Positions 1 to 9,408 of a DNA stretch of 29,332 nucleotides are shown one piece after another (within the stretch, counting starts at the first letter, position 1; every line of letters starts with the position of its first letter). The stretch is from a virus: the IMG/VR virus record IMGVR_UViG_3300049445_000358. One strand, written 5' to 3'. The translations under genes and the position numbers were made by a program. The notes beneath the pieces are model-generated. The model was not told where the DNA came from. It worked only from the letters and a program-made list of their open reading frames with translations, and made no database searches.

Positions 1-615
1 ATCTACAGGGAGGACGCGATACTGTCCGACTGCCGTCGGAGGATCTGTCACCCTGACGAAGGGTGTATTGTCTGAGGCGTATACTACTCCTCCGTCTTGT
101 GCCCAGATCCCATAGAGCTGGTTCAGCGTAATCTTCGTCGTCGAGTTAGACCCGGAGGCTGCTGGGATATCGTAGGCCTCGTTCGTGACTTGGTAGCCTG
201 CCCGATATGAGACTAGGATGTTCTGGCTTCCCGCTTGGAAGGGAGCTCCTACGATCTTCTGGTGGGACCCCGGAGGCTGTCCATTCCAGGCTGACAGTGT
301 ATACCCGTTGGAAGGTATCAGTGTTGAAGAGGGCGAGATGACTACCCCACAGGCCGAAACAGATGAGACGGACAGAACAGGGTAATTGCGGAGGATAACT
401 GTGCAACCCCCCGAGCCACTGTACTGCTCGTTGACATAATCCTTCGGCAAGAGCCAGGGGCGCTCGAGGTAGGCTAGGATGTCGGCGCTGACCCTTGAAA
501 TCATTCGTGCATACAGGCGATCAATTGAGACGCCAGAGCTCGTCCCTTGGACGTAGTTGGAGGTTGCCAACCAGTCCTTGAGATTCCCTAGCGTGGTGAG
601 ATCGCCTAACTTCAT
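1..615 (-). CDS. Head-tail connector/adaptor protein (gp6-like), truncated by window edge
   Basis: Not in the ORF track. My translation from the ATG at 615 is open to base 1: MKLGDLTTLGNLKDWLATSNY...LYARMISRVSADILAYLERP...VILRNYPVLSVSSV...NILVSYRAGY. The DLTTL..LK.WL, PV.SV.SV and V.Y.AGY motifs are typical of connectors, and the gene lies directly downstream of the capsid gene. Confidence 0.8.
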   Translation of the reverse strand, partial: MKLGDLTTLGNLKDWLATSNYVQGTSSGVSIDRLYARMISRVSADILAYLERPWLLPKDYVNEQYSGSGGCTVILRNYPVLSVSSVSACGVVISPSSTLIPSNGYTLSAWNGQPPGSHQKIVGAPFQAGSQNILVSYRAGYQVTNEAYDIPAASGSNSTTKITLNQLYGIWAQDGGVVYASDNTPFVRVTDPPTAVGQYRVLPVD

Positions 616-646
616 GTTGAACTAAATTCGTGGGGTAGAAGGTGGG

Positions 647-680
647 GGATTGGGAGCACCGTCCCCGGAGCTCCCAATCC
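647..680 (-). promoter_or_regulatory. Stem-loop downstream of capsid gene (mRNA stabiliser or weak terminator)
   Basis: GGATTGGGAGC (647-657) is the reverse complement of GCTCCCAATCC (670-680), with a further CCG/CGG inner pair. There is no clear U-tract. Confidence 0.6.
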
Positions 681-688
681 GTCGATCC

Positions 689-2242
689 TTAGGCGTCCGG
701 GATGTTCGTCAGGATGAACATCGCGAACGGGGCGTACACGGCCAACACCTCCTCGGCGTAGACCCCGTATTCCCGTTGGCGGGTGCGCAGCGGCCAGTCG
801 ACCCGATAGTAGTCGCGGCGGATCTTCATCTCCGCGACATTCGGCACCTCGTTCGACTGGTACCACGGCGGTAGACGCTCACACCAACCCATCATCGTCC
901 CGGGAGGCAGATCCGGATGGATCTTGATCGGCAGCTTGTAGCCGGCCTCGTGCGAGAATGGGTTGAAGTAGTAGTCGATCACGCCGCCGGCGGTGATGGC
1001 ATACGGCCCGCCCGGTGACGAATTCGCGTCGTACCGCAGCAGCGGTCCGGCGGTGTTCGACAGCACCTTGTCCGCGATGTTGCGCTGCTCGCGGGCATTG
1101 ACGTAGATCACCGAGGGCCCGAGCTGGTACAGATCCCACATGCTCTCGAGCATCGTGTCGATCTCTTCGATCGAACCGCGACCCGAAGATGTCAGAGCCG
1201 CCGGCACACCCAAGGCACCAGGGGTCATGAAGGTGACCATGGCGTTGTTGACCGGATTGAAGCCGATCGACAGCAGACCGTCGTAGGCGAGCGTCTGATT
1301 CCGGCTGTTGTCGGCAGTGATCGCCGTCGCAGCTTGCCGACCACCGACGATCGGGACCGCCAGCGAGCCGTTCGCCTGGGTCGTGATGACCTGCAGCGTC
1401 TCCGCAGCGGCCGTCCCGATGTACCAAGCGTACGCAACTGCACCCGCGACCGGAGTCGTCCAGAACGCGAGATGATTGGTGCCGGACACGATTGCCTGGG
1501 TTGCCGAAGTCGCCGACTTCTGAGACGATCCACCCGAGAGGGTGAAGGTCTTTCCGTCGGCGCCGGTAACCACCCGGCTTGTCGCAACGCCACCCGCCAG
1601 CGAGCTGTTCTTGTAGCCCTCCAGCGTCAGCGCGACGACGATCACGTCGTAGGTTGCCGAGCCCAGCGTCGAGCCGGTATCCGCAACCGCCGCGACCGAA
1701 GGCGTGGCAGGCGTCCCGAGGGCGAGCGTCGCATTGCCGCCGAGAATGCCGGTTTCCTCCTTCCGCATCATCTTCTGCAGCAGACGGAACGTCACCATGG
1801 CGTTCTCGTCCTCGAAGCCTTCCGCAGCAGCTTCCGCTTCGAAGGTGAGGTAGTCTTCCTCGCCCAGCGTTACGTAGGTTGCGGCTCGCGGCACCGAGGT
1901 GTACGACATCGTCCCCGAGCGCTGACCTTCCGGAACCCAGCCCATGGAATCGTATCCGGAACCGACCAGGCTGCGGATTTCCTTCCAGTGTGCTGCATCG
2001 CCGGGATGCTGCGTACCTGCTCCCCGCGGACCCACGCGCGGAATGGAATTCCGGAGCGGGGTGATCGTCGGGTAGATGTTCTTGGCCGGGATCTCGAGGT
2101 TGTACCAAGTGAGTCCCGTCGAGATGGTAACCCCCTTCTGGAGGCCCCCTCCCATCAGCATGTCTCCTGCGAGTGGCTGACCCAGTGAACCTTTGAATAG
2201 GTCGAGCGTTTCGCGGGAGAGATCGCCTGCACTTCCTTGCAT
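689..2242 (-). CDS. Major capsid protein (HK97-fold presumed) with an inserted beta-rich domain
   Basis: 517 aa, downstream of the protease/scaffold and upstream of the connector, with strongly biased GC-rich codons and SD GGAGAAGG. Motifs include 'TPLRNSIPRV' and the C-terminal 'YGVYAEEVLAVYAPFAMFILTNI' typical of phage MCPs. Confidence 0.85.
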   Translation of the reverse strand: MQGSAGDLSRETLDLFKGSLGQPLAGDMLMGGGLQKGVTISTGLTWYNLEIPAKNIYPTITPLRNSIPRVGPRGAGTQHPGDAAHWKEIRSLVGSGYDSMGWVPEGQRSGTMSYTSVPRAATYVTLGEEDYLTFEAEAAAEGFEDENAMVTFRLLQKMMRKEETGILGGNATLALGTPATPSVAAVADTGSTLGSATYDVIVVALTLEGYKNSSLAGGVATSRVVTGADGKTFTLSGGSSQKSATSATQAIVSGTNHLAFWTTPVAGAVAYAWYIGTAAAETLQVITTQANGSLAVPIVGGRQAATAITADNSRNQTLAYDGLLSIGFNPVNNAMVTFMTPGALGVPAALTSSGRGSIEEIDTMLESMWDLYQLGPSVIYVNAREQRNIADKVLSNTAGPLLRYDANSSPGGPYAITAGGVIDYYFNPFSHEAGYKLPIKIHPDLPPGTMMGWCERLPPWYQSNEVPNVAEMKIRRDYYRVDWPLRTRQREYGVYAEEVLAVYAPFAMFILTNIPDA

Positions 2243-2298
2243 GGCCTTCTCCGTTGAGTGACAGTTGTGGTTCGGCCGGTATGGCCAGGGTCAGCAGC

Positions 2299-2673
2299 TC
2301 AGTTTCCCGTCCCCGGTTCTGCTTCGCTGCCGTGTTCGCCGGCTGCTCCACTTCCGTCCCCGGAAGCAGCGACAGCCGACATGGAATCGGATGATTGGTA
2401 TCCCGTAGCACCCTGAGGCGCCTGCAGAGGTTGGGAGCCTACGATGACTGGGGGCTCGTAGCCTTCCGCAGCCATCTTGAGATATTCCTGCGGCCCTTCG
2501 GGCAGAGGCCGGCCATCGTTGCCGACCGTCGTCGAATGGTCATCGCCTTTGCAGATGTCGCATAGGTGCGACTGATCAGCGAAGTGGCGGCTGATGAATC
2601 CGGACCTCGTCGCCGGGATCTGGTAGTGCTCGATGACCTCGCGATCGGGCCGTCTGAATTCTTCCGCTGCCAT
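2299..2673 (-). CDS. Hypothetical protein (head module)
   Basis: 124 aa, SD GAGGAG upstream, co-oriented, fills the gap before the capsid gene. Confidence 0.6.
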   Translation of the reverse strand: MAAEEFRRPDREVIEHYQIPATRSGFISRHFADQSHLCDICKGDDHSTTVGNDGRPLPEGPQEYLKMAAEGYEPPVIVGSQPLQAPQGATGYQSSDSMSAVAASGDGSGAAGEHGSEAEPGTGN

Positions 2674-2726
2674 GTTTCGCTCCTCGAGGGATGCCGTAGG
2701 TGTTGGGGCGTAGGTCGGGGGTGGAG

Positions 2727-3374
2727 TTACGGATTCGGGTTGTGTGGGTGGAACCGCGTCATTGTCGGACCCACACGCGTGGGATGTCCAACACCCGGAG
2801 AGCCGCCTGCCAGCTCGCGCGTGCGAATCTGGTGACCCGGTCGATTATCCGGGAGAAGCTCGCCGGCGTTGGCTCGGCGCATGGCTGCAAGCTGCTGGGG
2901 GGTAGTTCCAGGTGCTGTGAGAGCCGGACCCAGAAAGCCTCGTTCGAGAGCGTCCGCCAACCAGCGGAGCTTCTCGACCTCCTGTGCGCTCAGCGCATTG
3001 ACGGGCTCCAACACCTGCTGGACTGGCGGAGCCGTGGCGCCCTGAGCGACCATCTGAGGCCACTGGTACTGATGCTGGCTATCGCCTGCTGCAACGGAGG
3101 TCACCCAGAACAGATCGTTGCCGTCGAGCAGCACCTGCCCGTTGACGAGCGTCGCCTCATTCAGGTCGGCGCCGGAGCCCCAGACCTTCGTGATGATCAT
3201 GGGGTAGGCTTCGCCTGCACTGACATCGTTGCCGACATGGACGATCGAGCCGTCGGAGTTCTCCTGATGAGTCGCCATATTGGCTAGGGCGTCCGCACGA
3301 CGCTTGTTGATCTTGGCCGCGTCGTCTTCGCCAAGAGTGTATTGGACCACTCGACAGATGCTGGGTACTGGCAT
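2727..3374 (-). CDS. Conserved phage hypothetical protein
   Basis: 215 aa, SD AAGGA. The N-terminal 'PSICRVVQY...PMIITKVW...VNGQVLLDGNDLFWVTSV...YQWP' resembles a widespread small phage family (PSIGRIVHY...W.WP). The C-terminal tail is low-complexity. Confidence 0.7.
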   Translation of the reverse strand: MPVPSICRVVQYTLGEDDAAKINKRRADALANMATHQENSDGSIVHVGNDVSAGEAYPMIITKVWGSGADLNEATLVNGQVLLDGNDLFWVTSVAAGDSQHQYQWPQMVAQGATAPPVQQVLEPVNALSAQEVEKLRWLADALERGFLGPALTAPGTTPQQLAAMRRANAGELLPDNRPGHQIRTRELAGGSPGVGHPTRVGPTMTRFHPHNPNP

Positions 3375-3432
3375 GGTTTGATCCTTGGGTTAAGGGAACG
3401 CAGAGTGCTCGTATCTGCGGTTGGTGGCGTAG

Positions 3433-6400
3433 TTAGTTCCGGGTGACCAGAACGGGGTTGCGCTGGGCTGCCTTGATCAGCTCGAGGGCTCGTGTCTGCG
3501 GATCGAGGCCATCAAGATAGCGCTTCACCATCTCGGGCGTATCGACGTTGCCGGCACTCGGGACCGAACCCCTCCCCGAATACGAGATGGTTGTATCGCC
3601 TCCCTTCTCGACCGCAACGACGCCGGGCATGATCCGCTTGACTCCGCGAGCAGGCTCGGGCATCTTCTCGAGGTCCTTCACCCGATTGACGAGCTCCTGA
3701 ACCTGGCCGGTCAGGTTGCCCATGACGCGTTTCAGGACGATGTTTTCCTCCGCCATCTTCGACAGAGCGCCTTCGCCGAAACCCATCGACTTCTCGAACG
3801 ACCCGATCTCCTCGTCGGTCGACCGCAGGAGGACTCCCTTCGACATTGCGCAGTCGGCTCCGAGATCTGCCATCCCGTCGTGGATCTTCTTCAGTGAGCT
3901 GCGCGTCGAGGTTGATAGGGCTGCACCAGCCTTCGACACCCACTTGTCGACATCGGCATCCATGCAGACATCGCCGTCGGTCATCGCAGAGACATGGTCG
4001 TGGGCTGCCTGCAGATGCATCCGGTTGACCTGGCCGAGACGCCGGCCGACCTTCTCGAGGGCATCGATGAGCCGTACTGCAGGGCTCTTCTTATACTGGA
4101 AGCCCTTCTTCTTGGCTTCCTCCTCGGCCTCCTCCTCGGCCTTGCCGACTGCCTTGTCGAGCAGACCATGCAGATAGGAGGCATTCGGCCCGACGGCGGC
4201 TCGAGTCAAGACGACAAGTGCTGTTCCCTGGTCGCCGTAGTCGCCCATGTCCTCGGTGCCCATGACGAGCTCGGAGGTCTCTTCCTCGACGAGCCGACGT
4301 AGGAACATGCAGAGGTTCGAGATGTTGCGCTCGAGCTCGGCGGCCATCGGCGAATTGTCACCTTCGCGAATCGCCTCTAGTGCGAGGCATTCCTTGATGT
4401 CGTAGAGGCGGAGGATCGAGCAGGCAACCTCGCCGACATCATAGAGGTGCTTGGAGATGCAGCTGCCCATCGTCTCGAGCAGTTCGATGCCCTTCATCGT
4501 CGAGGCATCGGGAGGTCCTTCCTTGCTGACCTTCTCGAGCCAGGCTTCGCTGATCGCCTTGCGAACCTGCATCAGCTGTAACTGGGTGTACTTGCCGATA
4601 TTGCGAGGCATCTGCATGAACGTCCAAGATGCCTGAACATGAGCCGACGTGTCCAGCGGATAGAGGCTTTTTCCGCCCTTCAGGAGGCCTGGATCGGCAT
4701 ACGGGACGTTGCCATGTGGCTTCAACTGCTTCTCGAGCTGCTCGTCATTGAGAGCCTTCTCGGCGGCCGACCACGCTTGGGCAAAAGCCTTCTGCTCGTC
4801 GCCGCTCTCCTTGTAGACGCTGTTCCAGACATGCATCCACTGGCGCTGCTTATTGGCACTCGTGAAGTGCTCCTTGACGGCCGCCGGAAGTTCGTCGACT
4901 GAATTGTAGACCTTGCCGAGCGGAATCATCCCGGAACGGGTCTGTTGGCCGGCCACAGCTGCCTGCCAGGCCTTGTCGAATGCCTGGGCGTCGGAGATTT
5001 TGACGGTACCTCCATCGACGGAGTCGAGAGCCTCGCGGAGGCTCGCCATCGCTGCGTCTGCAGGAGCTGTCAGCTCCTTCATCATCTGCTGACGATCTAG
5101 CTCCTGATTCCAGGCTACGGCGTCCGCTTTCTTCGCAAAGGGTTTATTGTCCTTCGCAAGCCAGTATTGCCGAAGGCCTGGATTGAGATCCGCCGGAGGA
5201 GTTTCCGTACCACCGGTCCCGTCGGCACTTTTGGATACACCGGGTTGTCCTCCACCCGGGCTTCCGGAGCCTTGATCGCTGTTGACGCCACCGGCGCTAT
5301 TGTCAGGATTGCCCTCGCGGGTCTTCGGCTCGTGCTCGTGGGCGCCGGATTCGTGTTCCTTGTTCGTTGCGCCCGGATCGACTGCTGTCGCATCACGGCG
5401 CCAATTCGGCTCGCCGTTGCCGGTTCCCGACGAGCCGGTCATGCTGGGCAGATCGGGAACGTGACCGGATGTTCTGGCGATCGCTGCCGCTTCAGCCGTA
5501 GCTGACTCTTCGCGACCCGGCTGATGCATTGCCTTCTTGATTTCCTCGAGGACGGACGCCTGGACGTTGGTCGGCAAGGTCCAGAAGGCTTCGATCTGCT
5601 CCTTGCTGAGGCCACTCTCAGCGAGGGTCTTCTCGGCCTTCTCCTTATCTTCGTCAGCGCCCTTATCCTTGGCGTCCTCTTCCTTGTCCTTCTCCTGCAT
5701 GAATGGCGGGAGCTTCTTATCCTTGTCGTCTTCTCCGCCGGCCTTATTCAGGTCGTCGGCAGCGGCTTCCTTTGACAGTTCGGCGTCGAGCTGACCGGAA
5801 TGAAGCTTTTGGAAGGCTTCCTGCACTCCCTGCTCGTTATCGACAGTCACGAACGAACGGATCTCGACCTCGGGAACCGGACCGACCGACTTGATCAGCT
5901 GGAAGGTTGCCGTCGGGAGGCAGGGGATATCGACGAGGCTCAGTTCGATCGGATCGGCGATGTAACGCGTCAGGCGGGGGTTGGCAGAGTCGGTCCAGCG
6001 CTTGACATAGCCGCCGCCTTGGCTGAAACCGGTGTAGACGCCTTCCTGGACCTTCAACCAGTCCTGGTCGTCGACGATCTTGGCGCACACCTCGATCTGC
6101 TTGAGGCTATCGTTGAAGTGTAGCTCCTTCAGGACGCCCGCAGCCGACTTGCCGTGCATGGCCCGGACGTTGCCGAGGGACTTGCCATCCGAGGCCTTGG
6201 CGATGTCAGCCGACCACTTCTCGTAGTACGGCTTGGTGCCATCATAGTCGCAGATCTCGCCTGCTCGATCCGGCACCTCCGCGGTAGCCAAGCCGTACAC
6301 CAGACGGTTGACCGCATCCACCTTGGTGATGGGCAGAAACATCCGAAGATCGTTGCCTTGCATTGTCCCGTCCCTCTTTTCCAAGGCTGCCAGCGGCAGG

Positions 6401-6606
6401 CCAGCTTTCTCGACATCGAAACGCAGGTCCAACTGGAAATAGTCGGACACCCCATCAGGGGAAATTGGACCTTCAACTAGGTCACAGCCTCCAGGAGCAC
6501 GATACATGGTGCAAATGTAGCACCTCATGGCAGTCCAATTCGGGGACTGCGGCATATACCGCGCCTGGGCCTGTGAAATCTTCTCTTTCGTTGGAGCCGT
6601 TTGCAT
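3433..6606 (-). CDS. Multidomain prohead protease/scaffold protein (HiPIP-like N-terminus, protease, ChaB-like, DUF6582-like, coiled-coil scaffold)
   Basis: 1057 aa between portal and capsid. The protease-type segment is 'FLPITKVDAVNRLVYGLATAEVPDRAGE...NVRAMH...VYTGFSQGG...ELSLVDIPCLPTATF'. A possible second start at 6363 has a GAGG SD. Confidence 0.8.
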   Translation of the reverse strand: MQTAPTKEKISQAQARYMPQSPNWTAMRCYICTMYRAPGGCDLVEGPISPDGVSDYFQLDLRFDVEKAGLPLAALEKRDGTMQGNDLRMFLPITKVDAVNRLVYGLATAEVPDRAGEICDYDGTKPYYEKWSADIAKASDGKSLGNVRAMHGKSAAGVLKELHFNDSLKQIEVCAKIVDDQDWLKVQEGVYTGFSQGGGYVKRWTDSANPRLTRYIADPIELSLVDIPCLPTATFQLIKSVGPVPEVEIRSFVTVDNEQGVQEAFQKLHSGQLDAELSKEAAADDLNKAGGEDDKDKKLPPFMQEKDKEEDAKDKGADEDKEKAEKTLAESGLSKEQIEAFWTLPTNVQASVLEEIKKAMHQPGREESATAEAAAIARTSGHVPDLPSMTGSSGTGNGEPNWRRDATAVDPGATNKEHESGAHEHEPKTREGNPDNSAGGVNSDQGSGSPGGGQPGVSKSADGTGGTETPPADLNPGLRQYWLAKDNKPFAKKADAVAWNQELDRQQMMKELTAPADAAMASLREALDSVDGGTVKISDAQAFDKAWQAAVAGQQTRSGMIPLGKVYNSVDELPAAVKEHFTSANKQRQWMHVWNSVYKESGDEQKAFAQAWSAAEKALNDEQLEKQLKPHGNVPYADPGLLKGGKSLYPLDTSAHVQASWTFMQMPRNIGKYTQLQLMQVRKAISEAWLEKVSKEGPPDASTMKGIELLETMGSCISKHLYDVGEVACSILRLYDIKECLALEAIREGDNSPMAAELERNISNLCMFLRRLVEEETSELVMGTEDMGDYGDQGTALVVLTRAAVGPNASYLHGLLDKAVGKAEEEAEEEAKKKGFQYKKSPAVRLIDALEKVGRRLGQVNRMHLQAAHDHVSAMTDGDVCMDADVDKWVSKAGAALSTSTRSSLKKIHDGMADLGADCAMSKGVLLRSTDEEIGSFEKSMGFGEGALSKMAEENIVLKRVMGNLTGQVQELVNRVKDLEKMPEPARGVKRIMPGVVAVEKGGDTTISYSGRGSVPSAGNVDTPEMVKRYLDGLDPQTRALELIKAAQRNPVLVTRN

Positions 6607-6645
6607 GTTGAACTATATTGACGTCACTGTAGTGAGTAGGGGCAA

Positions 6646-6691
6646 GTACGGTCTGGTGTGGCTTTGGCGAGCGGAGAGGACCAGACCGTAC
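6646..6691 (-). promoter_or_regulatory. Intergenic stem-loop (12-bp stem)
   Basis: GTACGGTCTGGT (6646-6657) and ACCAGACCGTAC (6680-6691) form a perfect inverted repeat with a 22-nt loop. Confidence 0.55.
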
Positions 6692-6717
6692 CTGCTAGTC
6701 GAGCTACCGGCTGGCTG

Positions 6718-7506
6718 CTAGCCGGTCACCTCGACAGCGTTCGACGGCGGAGCTTTGGTCCTGCCGGCGCTGTTGGCCGCTTCAACGGTGCAGGTGATGC
6801 TCTTGCCTACGTCCTTGCTCTGGACAACATAGTCCGGACCTTCGGCAATGGTCTCCTCGAGACCCCCGCCCTTGCTCTTCCAGTCGTAAGCGTAACTGGT
6901 TGGCTCACCTTCCCAGTTGCCCATCGTGCAGCTGAGAGTCTCGCCGACCGTGCCGGTCCCGGAGACGTACGGGACGTCGATATTCACAGGGGCGCCGAGC
7001 ACCGGTTCGACCGGGGGTTCGGTCCCGCCCGGGCCCTGATCGGCCGGTACCTCGTAGATCGGAACGCCAGTATCCGACTGAGATGCAGCTCGTTCCCAAT
7101 TCTCAGTGGCCATCCGATTGCCGATCGTAGCGTCGATTACGGCGCCTTGGACGACTGGAGACTCACCCGGGGCGAGTATACGGTCGGCATGCTGACCCGT
7201 ACGTAGACGCATCTCCATGTCCAACGCGTCCGCGGCCGCCGATTCCGAACGGATGCTCTGGATACCCGGGCCTGCGCCGGAGACCGCGGTCGTCGCGATT
7301 TCCTCAGCAAAGTCGAGTCCATAGGTGGCCTTCATCTCGAGGATGTCGGTGCTGCGCACGTCATGGACGATGCCGTCGCCGTCGGCCTTGTAGAGGCGTG
7401 CTGTCGAGGTCCAGAATTCCTGACCGGGATGATGGGCCTTCATATCGATCGTCGGAATCAGTGCAGGCCGAAGGGCTCGCTGGTCATCGGGTTGAATTTC
7501 GGGCAT
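6718..7506 (-). CDS. Ig-like domain protein, possible head decoration
   Basis: 262 aa, SD GGAGG. The C-terminal 'APVNIDVPYVSGTGTVGETLSCTMGNWEGEPTSYAYDW...YVVQSKDVGKSITCTVEAANSAG' is a recognisable phage Ig-like domain pattern. Confidence 0.7.
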   Translation of the reverse strand: MPEIQPDDQRALRPALIPTIDMKAHHPGQEFWTSTARLYKADGDGIVHDVRSTDILEMKATYGLDFAEEIATTAVSGAGPGIQSIRSESAAADALDMEMRLRTGQHADRILAPGESPVVQGAVIDATIGNRMATENWERAASQSDTGVPIYEVPADQGPGGTEPPVEPVLGAPVNIDVPYVSGTGTVGETLSCTMGNWEGEPTSYAYDWKSKGGGLEETIAEGPDYVVQSKDVGKSITCTVEAANSAGRTKAPPSNAVEVTG

Positions 7507-7546
7507 GTTACTTCCTCCAAGTGGTTGTTGTAGGTCCTGGGACGCT

Positions 7547-9286
7547 TCACCTGAACCGCATCAGAGAGCCCACTGCCGCAGCTGTTGTCTGCGGGGTCTC
7601 ATCCGACACGTATTCCAACCGACCCTTCTGCTTCCGGCGACGAATGCCGTCGTGCAGACCGTCAGCATTGAGGTCTTCGAACTCGATAGGCCAGGGAGCA
7701 TAGCCCGACTGAGAGGCCTCCTCGTTGACGGCCTTGTCGAACATCGTCTGAGATATGAGCACCTTCTCAGCCGGCTTTGCATCCTGAGATTGCTTGTCTT
7801 CTTCCTTCGGAACAATAGTACTGTCGCTCTGTTGACCAACGACGTTCTGAGCTCCTGGATCGCCTGAGGCTGCTAGCCTCGCAGCCGCGTCCGGGCTCGT
7901 AAACGTCGTAATCGGGATGTAGCCCTGCTTCGTCAGGACCATCGGCGTTGAAAATGGGCCTCCTAAAGGCTCCTTGCCCAGATGCAGACGGACATCGTCG
8001 ATCGCGAGGACTCCGGCCTTCGCATAGCCAGTGTCGATCTCCATCGCAGTCTTCGGATCCTGCTCTCGGATCTCAACGAACTTGAACTCCAGATCGGGCG
8101 ACTTGAAGTCTTCTACGATAATACGGTCCATGACCGTCTTCACGTAGGACTGATTCGGCTCTAAACCGGCCTCGAGAGCTCGAGTGTTCGACTTCTCGAC
8201 AACGCCTCGACTGACGTGCTCGATGAACGGATCCGGAGCAATGGCGAAGGTAAAGCAGATGACTCGCGCCAGGTACTCGTCGAAGATGTCTTTTAGCGGA
8301 GGAGACTTGGTCTCCTGGTACTTGAACTCCCCGGGGACCATACGAAGGCGGCGTCTGGTTGCCAGATTCCCTGAGAGGAGGGCATCCATCCAGTCTTGGA
8401 AGTCCTTGATCTGCTGGAGGTTCCACTCCTTTGGGAGCCCCATGAAAGCGTCGGGCTGCGATCCCTCGGTGTAGTAGGAGAGTTGGAATAGTGTACGACG
8501 GATGGCCGTGTTGATCGTGACGATGATCTGCTCGACCTTCGAATAGCCGTACATGTCGTGTGTACGGTAGTTCCAGGGGAGGTAGAGCAGCTCTTCCGTC
8601 GTGAAGTCTGCTGCTGGAATACCGTGCAGAATCTGCTGGTATGCAGGATCGGGAGGCATCGGCCTGCGACCGTCTGCAGCCAACAGGGGCTTGATCGTCG
8701 CTCCATCGATCAGCTCGAGGGCGTACAGCGTGCCGTCACGAGCACGTCTGCGCCATATCGAGGCTGCGTCGATGACGAAGACATCCTCCATCCACGCTTT
8801 GAGCCACTGATCCCAAGGCAGCTCGCGGTCGGGATATTGAAGGAAGTCCGTGATCGTCTTGATCCGATCTTTTGTCTCCTGAGGGAGCTTTGGATTGGCA
8901 TCTGCTCCTTGCTTGGCCCAGAGCTTAGGGTCGCCTCTACCTGCTTCCCTCGGTCGGATGGTCCAGTCCAGAGACGACATCTGGTCCTTACGGGACTCTA
9001 ACGCAATCCGAACCAGGTCGCAATTATCTGCCAGAGCTCGCAAGACACCGAAGGAAACCGGCTCGTTTGAGCGAGGATTATAGTTGAGGTTGACGCCCGT
9101 CGGGTAATCGTACCGACGGCCTTTGACTCCCTCCTGGTCCTGAGGAGCCATTGGGGCTAATGGTTGCATCGGGCCGAACCATGTCGTAGGTTCGACTCCG
9201 GTAATCACATACCGAGCAACTTGCGTGGCTCTCCTAGCCATACCGGCTAAAGACGTCACTCTTGCTCCAGGAGGGATTGCTGCCAC
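7547..9286 (-). CDS. Portal protein
   Basis: 579 aa with 'LRALADNCDLVRIALESRKDQ', 'LELIDGATIKP', 'YQQILHG', 'YGYSKVEQ' and 'YYTEGSQP' motifs characteristic of phage portals. It lies between TerL and the protease. Confidence 0.9.
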   Translation of the reverse strand: MAAIPPGARVTSLAGMARRATQVARYVITGVEPTTWFGPMQPLAPMAPQDQEGVKGRRYDYPTGVNLNYNPRSNEPVSFGVLRALADNCDLVRIALESRKDQMSSLDWTIRPREAGRGDPKLWAKQGADANPKLPQETKDRIKTITDFLQYPDRELPWDQWLKAWMEDVFVIDAASIWRRRARDGTLYALELIDGATIKPLLAADGRRPMPPDPAYQQILHGIPAADFTTEELLYLPWNYRTHDMYGYSKVEQIIVTINTAIRRTLFQLSYYTEGSQPDAFMGLPKEWNLQQIKDFQDWMDALLSGNLATRRRLRMVPGEFKYQETKSPPLKDIFDEYLARVICFTFAIAPDPFIEHVSRGVVEKSNTRALEAGLEPNQSYVKTVMDRIIVEDFKSPDLEFKFVEIREQDPKTAMEIDTGYAKAGVLAIDDVRLHLGKEPLGGPFSTPMVLTKQGYIPITTFTSPDAAARLAASGDPGAQNVVGQQSDSTIVPKEEDKQSQDAKPAEKVLISQTMFDKAVNEEASQSGYAPWPIEFEDLNADGLHDGIRRRKQKGRLEYVSDETPQTTAAAVGSLMRFR

Positions 9287-9336
9287 TACCTAAGCCTTAC
9301 CCTTCAGCTCAGTGTTGTTAGGACCTATTCTGGTAT

Positions 9337-9366
9337 ATTATGAAACACGTTCCTCTTGGACCTCAA
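9337..9366 (-). promoter_or_regulatory. Putative sigma70-like promoter for portal/head genes
   Basis: Minus strand reads TTGAGG-N18-CATAAT in the AT-rich intergenic gap upstream of the portal. Confidence 0.4.
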
Positions 9367-9408
9367 GAGAAATCTTTAGAGCGACCATAATTTAACCATC
9401 CGAGGCAT

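Noticed and set aside
879-2411. 510-aa alternative-frame ORF over the capsid gene
   Set aside because: It is an Arg-rich frame typical of strongly GC3-biased genes, with no recognisable motifs.
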